This document shows, in pieces, positions 8,802-17,951 of a stretch of 64,000 nt of DNA (within the stretch, counting starts at the first letter, position 1; every line of letters starts with the position of its first letter). The DNA is from Candidatus Multivoradales bacterium (GTDB taxonomy: Bacteria; Acidobacteriota; Thermoanaerobaculia; Multivoradales; J023): NCBI GenBank assembly GCA_965248925.1, contig CBDFLE010000005.1:64001-128000 (forward strand), written 5' to 3'. The notes below the pieces were generated by a model. It did no database searches and had not been told where the DNA came from. It saw only the letters and a program-made list of their open reading frames with translations. The position numbers and the translations under genes were made by a program.

Positions 8802-9740
8802 TCAAGACCGACAATTCGAACGGCTCATTTGATCCAATTCTTCCTGCACCGGCCCCAGACCCATCTCGGCGCGGCGCTGGTCGACGGTTTCGGGATCTTC
8901 GAGGGGCTGGAGCTGCATCTTGCCGTCTTTGCACTGCCAGTCGGGCTGGGTGCCGTAGCGCTGCTTGCGGTCGTGGTTGACCGCTACTCGATCCCACAGG
9001 TAGGCGTAGTCGCGCTGGCGCACTCCCTGGTTGTCGAGGTATGCCTCCATCCGCTCCAGGGCCAGCTGCTGGAACTCGGGATGGCGGTCGGCATGCTGGA
9101 CTACCAACCACGCATGCTTGGCGATCGCCAAGCCGAAGCGGTGAGAGTCAATCCAGTCGTATTGGGCGAGTAGCTCCTGCATGTAAGCAGTCGAGGCGGC
9201 GTCGATTTGGATGATATTTGCGATCGTCAGCGCGCGAGTCCAATAGGGCGCCCCCTGTTCAGCCAGGTCGCGATGCTTGATGTAGGTTTGCCGCGCCGCC
9301 TGGTCGCTGACCCAGAAGTCAGAGATCTTTTCCTGCACCGAGGCGATGGCCGGGACTTTGGATAGACTCGGCTTCTCTCCTTTGCCAATCTTATGGCGCC
9401 ACTTGGCGAGTTCTTTGGCGTGGACCTTGCGACCGTTGGTGAAAGCCTTGCCGCAGGCGCGATGGTCTTTGGCTCCTAGGGCAATGCTGGTACCGGCCTT
9501 GGCCAGGGTGGTGGCGGCTCGTTGTAGCGCGCTCAGCTCGTCTTCTTGGTCGAGGGTGGCTTCGAAGTTGGGCAGTTTCTCGTTGCTGTCAAGGCTCTTG
9601 GCCCAAACGCAGTAGTCAAATTTGTTGGCTGCGGCGGGGTCAGAGAGCAGGGCGGCGATCAGACTCTCACCGTGGGCCGGCTGGGACAGCGCGCTGAAGG
9701 AGGCTGCCAGCAGTAGAGTCAAGGGGGGGGCTAACTTCAT
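8802..9740 (-). CDS. Secreted DUF6624-like protein
   Basis: Signal peptide MKLAPPLTLLLAASFSALSQPAHG. AWLVVQHAD, YAYLWDRV, QRYGTQ and VDQRRAEMGL motifs. Confidence 0.8.
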   Translation of the reverse strand: MKLAPPLTLLLAASFSALSQPAHGESLIAALLSDPAAANKFDYCVWAKSLDSNEKLPNFEATLDQEDELSALQRAATTLAKAGTSIALGAKDHRACGKAFTNGRKVHAKELAKWRHKIGKGEKPSLSKVPAIASVQEKISDFWVSDQAARQTYIKHRDLAEQGAPYWTRALTIANIIQIDAASTAYMQELLAQYDWIDSHRFGLAIAKHAWLVVQHADRHPEFQQLALERMEAYLDNQGVRQRDYAYLWDRVAVNHDRKQRYGTQPDWQCKDGKMQLQPLEDPETVDQRRAEMGLGPVQEELDQMSRSNCRS

Positions 9741-9940
9741 CGGAGGATCCTCTAGTCGGTTTCGGGAATCTGGACCGAGAGTCGGAACTCTCGAGGCTCT
9801 GGTGAAGTCACCGCCCGATACAGGTCTGCTGATTCGTCTTGGACGCTTGCTACTGACTAGTATGCCGGCGGCGGGAAAAAGGTTGAAGCTTTTGTGGGTG
9901 CAGTTGAATAGGCCGTGGCCTTGGTAGGTAAGGTCACTCA

Positions 9941-10498
9941 ATGTCCAAGCCATGTCTTTCTGATCGTCAGATCTTTGCTCTCAAGCGGCCGATGCCGCGG
10001 CTGCTGGCCTACTACGCTTTGCTGTCGCTGCTGGCTGGGCCGTTCTTCCCCTTGGTGCTGGTTCCTCTGTGGATTCGCTACCAGACGCTACGCTTTTGCT
10101 TTGATGAGGAGGGCGTTTCGCTGCGTTGAGGGCGTCTGTTCCGGCGCGAGATCCACTTGGCTTACGCCCGCATCCAGGATATTCACCTGGTGTCCAACGC
10201 CTTCGAGCGCTGGCTGGGCTTGGCGCGAGTTCAAGTGCTGACCGCCAGCGGTAGCGCCAAGGCGGAGATGACTATCGAAGGGGTCGAGTCTTACGAGGAG
10301 TTGCGCGATTTCCTCTACTCGCTCAGGCGCGGCGCAAGACCTGAGGGGGTCGCAGTCGGAGTCGCCGAGGGGGCCGAATCTGGCCTCTCGGCGGTTGCCG
10401 CGGAGGAGCTAACCACCACTCTCCGGCAGGTGGCGGCGGAGCTGCGGGGCATGCGCTTGGCACTGGCGGATCGGCAGCGCAAGGCGCCAGATGCTTGA
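9941..10498 (+). pseudogene. Bacterial PH-domain (bPH_2/YdbS-like) membrane protein with an in-frame TGA
   Basis: ORFs 9941-10129 and 10157-10498 are in the same frame, separated by TGA at 10127-10129 (VSLR*GRLFRRE, where W is expected). Confidence 0.8.
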
Positions 10499-11145
10499 GC
10501 GCGGGCTGGCGTCGATCGGACGGCTCCTACGGATTCCGCCACCGCCGGCCTCGCCGATCGGTGATCCGGCGTCGGTGCAGGTGTTCCGCGCCGCGGTGGG
10601 CTCTTACCGCTTTCGGCTGCTGGGCTGGGCCTGGCGCCAGCTGTGGAAATTGGTGGGCCTGATCTTTGGTTTTCTCTTACTCCGCTATGGCGCTGGCTGG
10701 ATCGAGGCGCTGGCCGAATTCGACCCGTTGCCGGACCATCTCCTGGGCTGGTGGGGTGGGGGATGGTGGCATCTGTTGGAGATCCTGGCGCTGATTTTCT
10801 TTCTCGTGCAGCTGCCGATCTCGTGGCTGCTGGTCACTCTCGGCTATCGCTGCCGCTGGTATGTGATCAGCGATCGAAGTCTGCGCATCGGTGAAGGTCT
10901 GTGGCAGGTGCGGGAACAGACGATGACCTTCTCGAACGTGCAAAATCTGGCGGTCCGCCAGGGTCCCTTGCAGCGCCTATTCGGCATTGCCGATCTCGAG
11001 GTGACCAGTGCTGGCGGGGGATGTTGAGCAGCAGGTAGCCGCAGCCGGAGCGGTGGGGGACAACGATCCCACCACTAGCGAGCTGCTGGAGGCGGCGCGC
11101 GAGATGCTGCGCCAGGCCCGTGGCCTGGCGGGGGAAATCGACTGA
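10491..11145 (+). pseudogene. Second bPH_2-domain membrane protein, truncated or frameshifted
   Basis: ORF 10491-11027 (WYVISDRSLRI...QGPLQRLFGIADLEVTSAGGG) stops abruptly. A tail ELLEAAREMLRQARGLAGEID continues in another frame to ~11145. Confidence 0.6.
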
Positions 11146-11275
11146 CCGAGCCTCGCTTGCAGCTGGTGGGCCTGGCCCGAAGCAGGCCACGGCGTCAAAA
11201 ACCGCGCTCCCAGAAAAGGTTCCACGCACACTATCCGGTCGGTGGGGAGTGGGCGGGCACCAAGCTACCAGAGTT

Positions 11276-11336
11276 GATTGATAGTATTGGCTGGTGAGTC
11301 CGACAAAGAAAACTCGCCAGCAGCGCGCCGCCGACC
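11276..11336 (+). repeat. Copy 2 of the 61-bp imperfect direct repeat
   Basis: Matches 8644-8704 and covers the start of the ORF at 11294. Confidence 0.8.
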
Positions 11337-11542
11337 GGGCCGATTGGCCGGTCCGCGTGCATCGCCTGACCGACGAGCCGGCCAACGACCTGAAGATCAT
11401 CACCACCGCTGCGGAGCGAGTGGCGATGGTCTGGTCGATCACCCTCGACGCCTGGGCCTCCGCCGGTCGTACGCTGCCGCAGTACGAGCGGCACGAGATG
11501 CCGGTGCGCCTGATCCGGTCTGAGATCCGCTCGGATGAGTGA
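11294..11542 (+). CDS. Small hypothetical protein, partner of the downstream nucleotidyltransferase
   Basis: 82 aa with AERVAMVWSITLDAW. Overlaps the next gene's start. Confidence 0.65.
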   Translation: MSPTKKTRQQRAADRADWPVRVHRLTDEPANDLKIITTAAERVAMVWSITLDAWASAGRTLPQYERHEMPVRLIRSEIRSDE

Positions 11543-11987
11543 GCTGAACCAGGATTTCCGGGACCTCTTGCAGCTCTTTCTTGAGGAGAGGGCGGTTTTC
11601 CTGATCGTCGGAGCCCATGCCCTCGCCGCCCACGGCGTTGCCCGCTCAACGGGTGATATCGACCTCTGGATACAGCCCGGCAGAGAGAATACCTCGCGTG
11701 TTTGGCGAGCCTTGGCCCGCTTTGGCGCACCCCTTGAATCCCTGGACTTGGAGGAAGAAGATCTGAATCGCGGCGGCAACGTGATTCAGCTGGGTTTGCC
11801 TCCCCGAAGAATCGATATCCTGACCCGGATCAGTGGGGTTGAGTTCGAATCTGCCTGGAAATCGCGAGTCATCCGCATGGTCGGTACCCAAGATCTACCA
11901 TTCCTCAGCCGGGACGACCTCTTGCGCAACAAGCGAGCCAGCGGTCGGCCGAAGGACTTGGCGGATATTGCCTTGCTGGAGGAGTGA
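11535..11987 (+). CDS. Minimal nucleotidyltransferase (DUF6036/AbiEii-like)
   Basis: IVGAHALAAHGVARSTGDIDLW and NKRASGRPKDLADI motifs. Confidence 0.8.
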   Translation: MSELNQDFRDLLQLFLEERAVFLIVGAHALAAHGVARSTGDIDLWIQPGRENTSRVWRALARFGAPLESLDLEEEDLNRGGNVIQLGLPPRRIDILTRISGVEFESAWKSRVIRMVGTQDLPFLSRDDLLRNKRASGRPKDLADIALLEE

Positions 11988-12136
11988 GGTCACCGGCTCG
12001 CACCTTGTCCTGGCCGGCTGCGAAGGGTCTGTCTTGGGCGGTGAAGGGCCATTGAATCAGTCGCAAACCGGCGGTTCAACCGCACCCGCTGTGGTACCAT
12101 CGAGCGGATTAGATAAGCGCTTCGAGGGCTGCCGGG

Positions 12137-14578
12137 ATGTTTGAGAAATACAACGAAAAAGCACGTCGGGCGTTGTTTTTTGCCCGCTATGAGGCTTCCA
12201 AACTGGGCAGCCGGGTGATCGAGTCTGAGCACGTTCTGCTCGGGGTCTTGCGCGAAGGCGAGGACTCGGTGATGGAGCTGCTGGCGCACTTCGAGATCAA
12301 GCCGGAGGCGCTGCGGCGGGAGATCGAGGGCGAGCGGGTCTTTGTCGAGCGCATCTCTTCGACCGCTGAATTGCCGATGTCGGACGAGACCAAGAAGATT
12401 CTCGCCTATGCCTCGCATGAGGCGGAGAGCATGCTGCATCCGGCAGTGGGCTCGGAGCATCTGCTGATCGGTGTGCTTAGGGTCGAGAGCAGCCTGGCGA
12501 TGCGCATCCTGACGGAGACCGGGCTCGACCTGTACGAGGTCCGCAAGGAGGTGTTGGCGATGGCCCAGGAACGCGAGGCGGCGCAGCAAAAGAAGGAGCT
12601 ACCGTTCCTCACGGAGTACGGCCGCGATCTGACCGGATTGGCGGCCCAAGGGGCCTTTGACCCGCTGATCGGCCGCGAACTCGAGGTCGAACGTATCGTC
12701 CAGGTGCTGTCGCGGCGGACCAAGAACAACCCGATCTTGCTCGGCGAACCCGGGGTTGGAAAGACCGCCATCGTCGAGGGTTTGGCGCAACGCATTGTCG
12801 AGGATCGGGTGCCGATCTTTCTGCGCCAGCAGCGGATTATCGGCCTCGATCTGTCGCTGATCGTCGCCGGCACCAAGTATCGCGGCCAATTCGAGGAACG
12901 GCTGAAGGGGATCTTGAAGGAACTCAAGGATTCCGACGATCTGATTGTCTTTATCGACGAGATCCACTCGCTGATCGGCGCCGGCTCGGCCGAGGGCTCG
13001 CTCGATGCCGCCAACATCCTCAAGCCGGCCCTGTCGCGGGGCGAGGTGTCGTGCATCGGCGCCACCACCCTCAGGGAATTTCGCAAGTACATTGAGAAGG
13101 ACCGGTCGCTGCTGCGCCGCTTCCAGGCGGTCAACATCGAGCCGCCGACAGCGGAAGAAACCTACGAGATCCTCGCCGGGGTCAAGGAGCGCTACGAGAC
13201 CTTTCATAAGGTGAGGTATTCAGAAGCGGCCCTGCGCACCGCCATCTACCACACCGATCGCTACATCCCCGACCGCTTTCAGCCGGATAAGGCGATTGAT
13301 GTGATGGACGAGGCCGGGGCCAAGGTCAAGCTGCGCCGGGTTAGCGATGTGCAAAGCGTGCATGGCATCGAGGAGGAAGTGCAGCGGGTCGAAAAACAAA
13401 TGAAGTCGGCGATCTCGGAGAAGGATTTCGACCGCGCCGTCTACTTGCGCGAGCGTGAGATCGACCATCGCGAGGAACTCGAACGTCTTAACGCGGGCTT
13501 CGACGAGATCAAATTCGCCGAAGTCACCGCGCGCGACATCGAGGAAGTGGTAGCCGCTTGGACCGGTGTGCCAGTGGCCAGGTTGCAGACTGAAGAAGCC
13601 GAGCGACTGATGCATATGGAAAACACTCTGCACCAGTGGGTGATCGGCCAAGATCGAGCAATCAGCGCCATTAGCCGGGCGATCCGCCGCTCCCGGCTCG
13701 GAGTGTCGAACCCGCAGCGGCCGGTGGGCTCGTTCATCTTCTTGGGTCCTTCCGGAGTTGGCAAGACCGAGGTCGCGCGGCGTTTGGCTGAGTTTCTCTT
13801 CGATTCGCAGCAAGCGCTGATTCGCTTCGACATGAGTGAGTACATGGAGAAGCACGCGGTGTCGAAGATGATCGGCTCGCCGCCGGGCTACATCGGCCAC
13901 GAGGAGGGCGGCCAACTGACCGAGCGAATACGGCGCCAGCCTTACTCGGTGGTGCTCTTCGACGAGATCGAGAAGGCGCACCCGGATGTCGCCAACCTGC
14001 TGTTGCAGATTCTCGAAGACGGCCGCCTGACCGATGCCTATGGCAACTCGGTGGACTGCACCAACACGATCGTCTTGATGACCTCCAATGTGGGCTCCAA
14101 ATTGGTGCTGCGGGGTGGTCGGATGGGCTTTGGCGAACAGGGAGAGGAGAGCGCCGAGAAGCAATTCGAGCGCATCGAGGAGCAGATCCTGGGCGAGCTG
14201 AAGCGGACTTTCAGTCCCGAGTTCATCAACCGGGTCGACGAGGTGATCGTCTTCAACCCCCTCGGCGCTGAGGAGTTGCGCGGCATTGTCGACATCCTGC
14301 TCAGCGACGTCAATCACACCTTGGCTGAGCGAGACCTGGTGGTCGAGGTAGATCGCGCGGCCAAGGACTGGTTGTTGCAGGAGGCCGGGGTCGACCCTGC
14401 GATCGGTGCCCGACCTCTGCGTCGTACCATTCAACGCCACATCCAGGACGCGGTTTCGGAACTTCTGATCTCGCACCACGGCGAGAAGATCGAGGCGATC
14501 GCGGTGACTGTCGAGGATGGGCAGCTGCACTTGCGGGTCACCGACCAACAAGCCCGAGAGCCGGTGGCGACCGCCTGA
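12137..14578 (+). CDS. clpC: ATP-dependent Clp protease ATP-binding subunit (ClpC-type)
   Basis: Clp-N domain, GEPGVGKT, a UVR-like coiled coil, GPSGVGKT and GARPLRR. Confidence 0.95.
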   Translation: MFEKYNEKARRALFFARYEASKLGSRVIESEHVLLGVLREGEDSVMELLAHFEIKPEALRREIEGERVFVERISSTAELPMSDETKKILAYASHEAESMLHPAVGSEHLLIGVLRVESSLAMRILTETGLDLYEVRKEVLAMAQEREAAQQKKELPFLTEYGRDLTGLAAQGAFDPLIGRELEVERIVQVLSRRTKNNPILLGEPGVGKTAIVEGLAQRIVEDRVPIFLRQQRIIGLDLSLIVAGTKYRGQFEERLKGILKELKDSDDLIVFIDEIHSLIGAGSAEGSLDAANILKPALSRGEVSCIGATTLREFRKYIEKDRSLLRRFQAVNIEPPTAEETYEILAGVKERYETFHKVRYSEAALRTAIYHTDRYIPDRFQPDKAIDVMDEAGAKVKLRRVSDVQSVHGIEEEVQRVEKQMKSAISEKDFDRAVYLREREIDHREELERLNAGFDEIKFAEVTARDIEEVVAAWTGVPVARLQTEEAERLMHMENTLHQWVIGQDRAISAISRAIRRSRLGVSNPQRPVGSFIFLGPSGVGKTEVARRLAEFLFDSQQALIRFDMSEYMEKHAVSKMIGSPPGYIGHEEGGQLTERIRRQPYSVVLFDEIEKAHPDVANLLLQILEDGRLTDAYGNSVDCTNTIVLMTSNVGSKLVLRGGRMGFGEQGEESAEKQFERIEEQILGELKRTFSPEFINRVDEVIVFNPLGAEELRGIVDILLSDVNHTLAERDLVVEVDRAAKDWLLQEAGVDPAIGARPLRRTIQRHIQDAVSELLISHHGEKIEAIAVTVEDGQLHLRVTDQQAREPVATA

Positions 14579-14732
14579 GACGCCCCGTCGCTCCTCTGAC
14601 GCCACCTTGTTGCCACGGTACTTTCCTCCATCGGCTGTTTCGCGGTAGATTAGGCGCCGCTCGAGCCGAGCCCATTCCCGCCACCGCAGCCATTGCACGC
14701 CCCAGATCTACCGGGCAAGCCTTGTGCGGCGA

Positions 14733-14749
14733 CTGGCACTACTATTGCT
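14733..14749 (+). promoter_or_regulatory. Sigma54 (-24/-12) promoter upstream of bamA
   Basis: CTGGCACTACTATTGCT matches YTGGCAC-N5-TTGCW with exact spacing, in the intergenic region and in the bamA direction. Confidence 0.6.
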
Positions 14750-14874
14750 TCAGGGATTGAGATGAACTTGAACGGCCGGCGACTGCCGGCGACATAGTGA
14801 CTTGGCCAGCTTTGGGAATGTGCCACAGCGCCCCATCGATTAGGGACCGAGACGAGCGAGCAAGGAGCTGCCAC

Positions 14875-17295
14875 GTGGACCGTAGACCGACGACCCAGAT
14901 CACCGCTTGTATGTTGGCGCCATGGCTGCTGCTGACTTCCCTGGTGCTGCCGATGGCACCCGTGGCCGCCCAGGACCGCCAGCTGGAGGGGCAGCCGATC
15001 GTCGAGGTCGAATGGCAGGGCCTCGACACCCTAACCAACGAGACTCTCGATCACTATCTGTTCGGCCCTAAGCGCGAAGGGACCCGCAAGCTCGACCTCG
15101 GCGAGCTCGATCGGCGGCTGAAAGAGCTGTGGCAGCGCGAGCTGATCGACGACATTCAGATTTCGGCTGAAGAGGTCGACGGCGGTGTCAAACTTCTCGT
15201 ACAGGTGAGCGAGCGACCGATCCTGATCGCCGTTGACTACGTTGGCATCAAGCGGGTGTCGCGCAGCGACATCATCGAGCGCATCGACCACGAGCGCATC
15301 CAGGTCTACGAGAGTCAGCCAATCCAGCATGGCGAGTTGGGCCGGCTGAAGGCCACGGTCGAAGATATGTACCGCGAGAAGGGCTATCGTTTTGCCGAGG
15401 TGAGCTACAGCTTGGAGCCGGTCGGTCCCGGTCAGCAGCGAGTTGTGTTCACCATCGATGAGGGGGATAGGGTCAAGATTGGCGACGTCCGCTTCGACGG
15501 CAATACGGTGTTCAACGACTTGCGTCTGCGCACCGCGATGCGCAAGACCAAGGAATCGGGTCTGCTGACCAAGATCACCAAGAAGGACATCTACAATCCG
15601 GCTACCCTCGACGAAGACCTGGATAAGGTGCGCGATTTGTACCGCAAAGCCGGCTACAAGGACATCTTGATCGCCAAGCCGGAGATCGACGTCTTCGCCA
15701 AGCGGCCGCAAGCGGCGACGGTCAAGGAGCAGAAACGGCGCCTGGCGATCACCATCCCGGTGGAGGAGGGGGACCGCTGGAAGCTCGGTGAGATCACCAT
15801 CGAGGGCAATGAGGTGTTCAGCGATGAAGCGCTGCTGCGCCAATTCGAGAAGCCTCGCGGTGGCTGGCTGCGCTCGAAGGTGATCGACGACGCGGTCGAG
15901 CGGATCGGCAATCTTTACAGCAGCTTGGGCTATGTCTTCTCCGAACTAGGAACCGAGTTACGCGAGCGCGATCCGCTGGCCAGGGAGAAGGTCGCCGACT
16001 TGGTGCTCAAAATCGACGAGAACGACCAGTACAAGATTGGCCGCATCGAATTCGACGGCAACGAGAAGACCCGAGACAAGGTTTTGCGGCGCGAGATGCT
16101 GGTGCAGGAAGCTGGGGTGATGAACACCAACGCGATGCAAAACAGCCTGCTCAAGATTCGCCAGCTGAACTACTTTAAGCTCAACGAAGAAGAGCCGATC
16201 AAGTTCAAGTTCGACGACGAGGAAAAGACCGTCGACCTCACCGTGCTGGGTGAGGAGGCGGAGCGCACTGAGTTGCAATTCGGTGGTGGCTGGTCCGAGC
16301 GCGATGGCTTTTTCGGTCAGTTCTCGATGCGCACCACCAACTTCCTGGGTCGCGGCGAAACCTTCGGGGTGTCGGTGCAGTCCGGCCGCTTCCGCGAGTT
16401 CTACAACCTCGAATACAACATTCCTTGGTTTCTCGATCGGCCGCAGAACGTCGGCATCAGCATCTTCAACCAGAGTTTCGACGACATCATCACCAGCACC
16501 ACTGATTTCCAACAGCGTTTCTCGGGTGGCTCGGTCACCTACGGCCGCAGCTTGGCGGCTTTTCAGAGCCTCAGCGTGAGCTACAGCTTCACCGATGTCA
16601 GCACCACCCAGACGCTGACCGATGCCGACGGTGTGCCACAGACTTTCAACAACACGTTCACCCAGTCGACGCTGCGACCTTTCTGGATCTACAACACCAT
16701 CGACAGCCGCTTCGAGCCCACCCGTGGACTGCGCATGACCGGTTCGCTGGAGTTCACCGGCAGCTTCCTCGGTGGTGAGACCGAATACCTCAAGCCGGTG
16801 ATCGAGATGACCTGGTTCAAGCCGGTGGGCCGTCGCCCGGTGCGTTCTTCGCTGGGAATTAACCTCGAAGCCGGCCTGTTCACCAAGCTCGAGGATCTCA
16901 ACATCTTCTCGACCCAGCGTTTCTTCCTCGGCGGCGAGAATAGCGTGCGTGGCTTCCGCCGCCGCAGCTTGGTGGTGCGCAATGAAGACGGCACTATCAA
17001 GGTCGATAATCGCGGCGTACCCCTGGGGGGCGAGCGCTACTTGCAGGGCAACTTGGAATTTCATTTGATGCCCTCGGGGCCTTTCCGGGTGGTGCTGTTT
17101 GCCGATGCCGGCGGGGTGTGGGATTCTGAGGGCTCGATCGAATTCAGCCAAATGCGATACACTGCTGGTGCCGAGCTGCGGATTCTTGTGCCGCTCTTCG
17201 GTGCGCCTTTACGCTTCATCTGGGCCTCCAATCTGGACCCGCTGCCCGACGACCAATTCGAGTCCTTCGACTTCAATATCGGTACGTCGTTCTAG
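14875..17295 (+). CDS. bamA: Outer membrane protein assembly factor BamA
   Basis: POTRA repeats (GNEKTRDKVLRRE), NFLGRG, VRGF and a C-terminal Phe. Start placed at GTG 14875 after AGGAG. Confidence 0.95.
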   Translation: MDRRPTTQITACMLAPWLLLTSLVLPMAPVAAQDRQLEGQPIVEVEWQGLDTLTNETLDHYLFGPKREGTRKLDLGELDRRLKELWQRELIDDIQISAEEVDGGVKLLVQVSERPILIAVDYVGIKRVSRSDIIERIDHERIQVYESQPIQHGELGRLKATVEDMYREKGYRFAEVSYSLEPVGPGQQRVVFTIDEGDRVKIGDVRFDGNTVFNDLRLRTAMRKTKESGLLTKITKKDIYNPATLDEDLDKVRDLYRKAGYKDILIAKPEIDVFAKRPQAATVKEQKRRLAITIPVEEGDRWKLGEITIEGNEVFSDEALLRQFEKPRGGWLRSKVIDDAVERIGNLYSSLGYVFSELGTELRERDPLAREKVADLVLKIDENDQYKIGRIEFDGNEKTRDKVLRREMLVQEAGVMNTNAMQNSLLKIRQLNYFKLNEEEPIKFKFDDEEKTVDLTVLGEEAERTELQFGGGWSERDGFFGQFSMRTTNFLGRGETFGVSVQSGRFREFYNLEYNIPWFLDRPQNVGISIFNQSFDDIITSTTDFQQRFSGGSVTYGRSLAAFQSLSVSYSFTDVSTTQTLTDADGVPQTFNNTFTQSTLRPFWIYNTIDSRFEPTRGLRMTGSLEFTGSFLGGETEYLKPVIEMTWFKPVGRRPVRSSLGINLEAGLFTKLEDLNIFSTQRFFLGGENSVRGFRRRSLVVRNEDGTIKVDNRGVPLGGERYLQGNLEFHLMPSGPFRVVLFADAGGVWDSEGSIEFSQMRYTAGAELRILVPLFGAPLRFIWASNLDPLPDDQFESFDFNIGTSF

Positions 17296-17379
17296 CGCTG
17301 CACGGAGCGCGGTCGCGCCGACTCGATCGGCCCGGCAGTCTGGGTTCTGCGAACCAAACCACTGTCAGGAGAATTCTAA

Positions 17380-17937
17380 ATGTCCTACCCGTCCATCTCT
17401 CGCGCCGCCCTTCGTGGGCTGGGGTTGTTACTGGTTGTCACCCTTGTCCTCCCCACCTCCGTGGTGGCGCAGGAGGCGCCGATCAAGATCGCGGTCGTCG
17501 ATCTGGAATTGGTCGTTACCCAGAGCGCCGCCGGCAGGGCATTGCAGAAAGAGCTTGAAGCGTTCTCCAATAGCGTCCAAGCCGAGGGCGAAGGCATGGC
17601 CGGCGGTCTGAGTGATCTCAGGCAGCGTTTGGCAGACGGTGCTAACTCGTTGGCTGAAGAGCGGCTGGTCCAGTTGCAGAAGGAGGTCGAGGATGCGCAG
17701 ATTGCCCTGCAACGTTTTCAGGGAGATAAAGAGCGAGAGGGGCAGAAAATTCAGGGCGAAGGCCTGCGCGAGATCGAGAAGCAGCTCAAGCCGGTCTTTG
17801 ATCAAATACGCGACGAGCAAGGCATCGATATCATTCTCAACAATGTTCCTGGCGTGGTGGTGATGGCTGGCAAGCGGGTCGACATCACCCGGCTGATCAT
17901 CGAACGTTTCGACGCCTCGTTAAGTTCCGACGGCTAG
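17380..17937 (+). CDS. skp: Periplasmic chaperone Skp/OmpH
   Basis: Signal peptide, KIAVVD, coiled coil and VDIT. Located after bamA. Confidence 0.9.
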   Translation: MSYPSISRAALRGLGLLLVVTLVLPTSVVAQEAPIKIAVVDLELVVTQSAAGRALQKELEAFSNSVQAEGEGMAGGLSDLRQRLADGANSLAEERLVQLQKEVEDAQIALQRFQGDKEREGQKIQGEGLREIEKQLKPVFDQIRDEQGIDIILNNVPGVVVMAGKRVDITRLIIERFDASLSSDG

Positions 17938-17951
17938 GCTGCGGGGAGAGG

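Noticed and set aside
10127-10129. Selenocysteine or genetic-code reassignment at the in-frame TGA
   Set aside because: The position corresponds to Trp rather than Cys, and TGA terminates many genuine genes in the window.
13220-14698. Long antisense ORFs (e.g. 13220-14698, 15958-17151, 422-1402, 60037-60921)
   Set aside because: They are shadow frames of well-supported genes in high-GC DNA, with no recognisable motifs.
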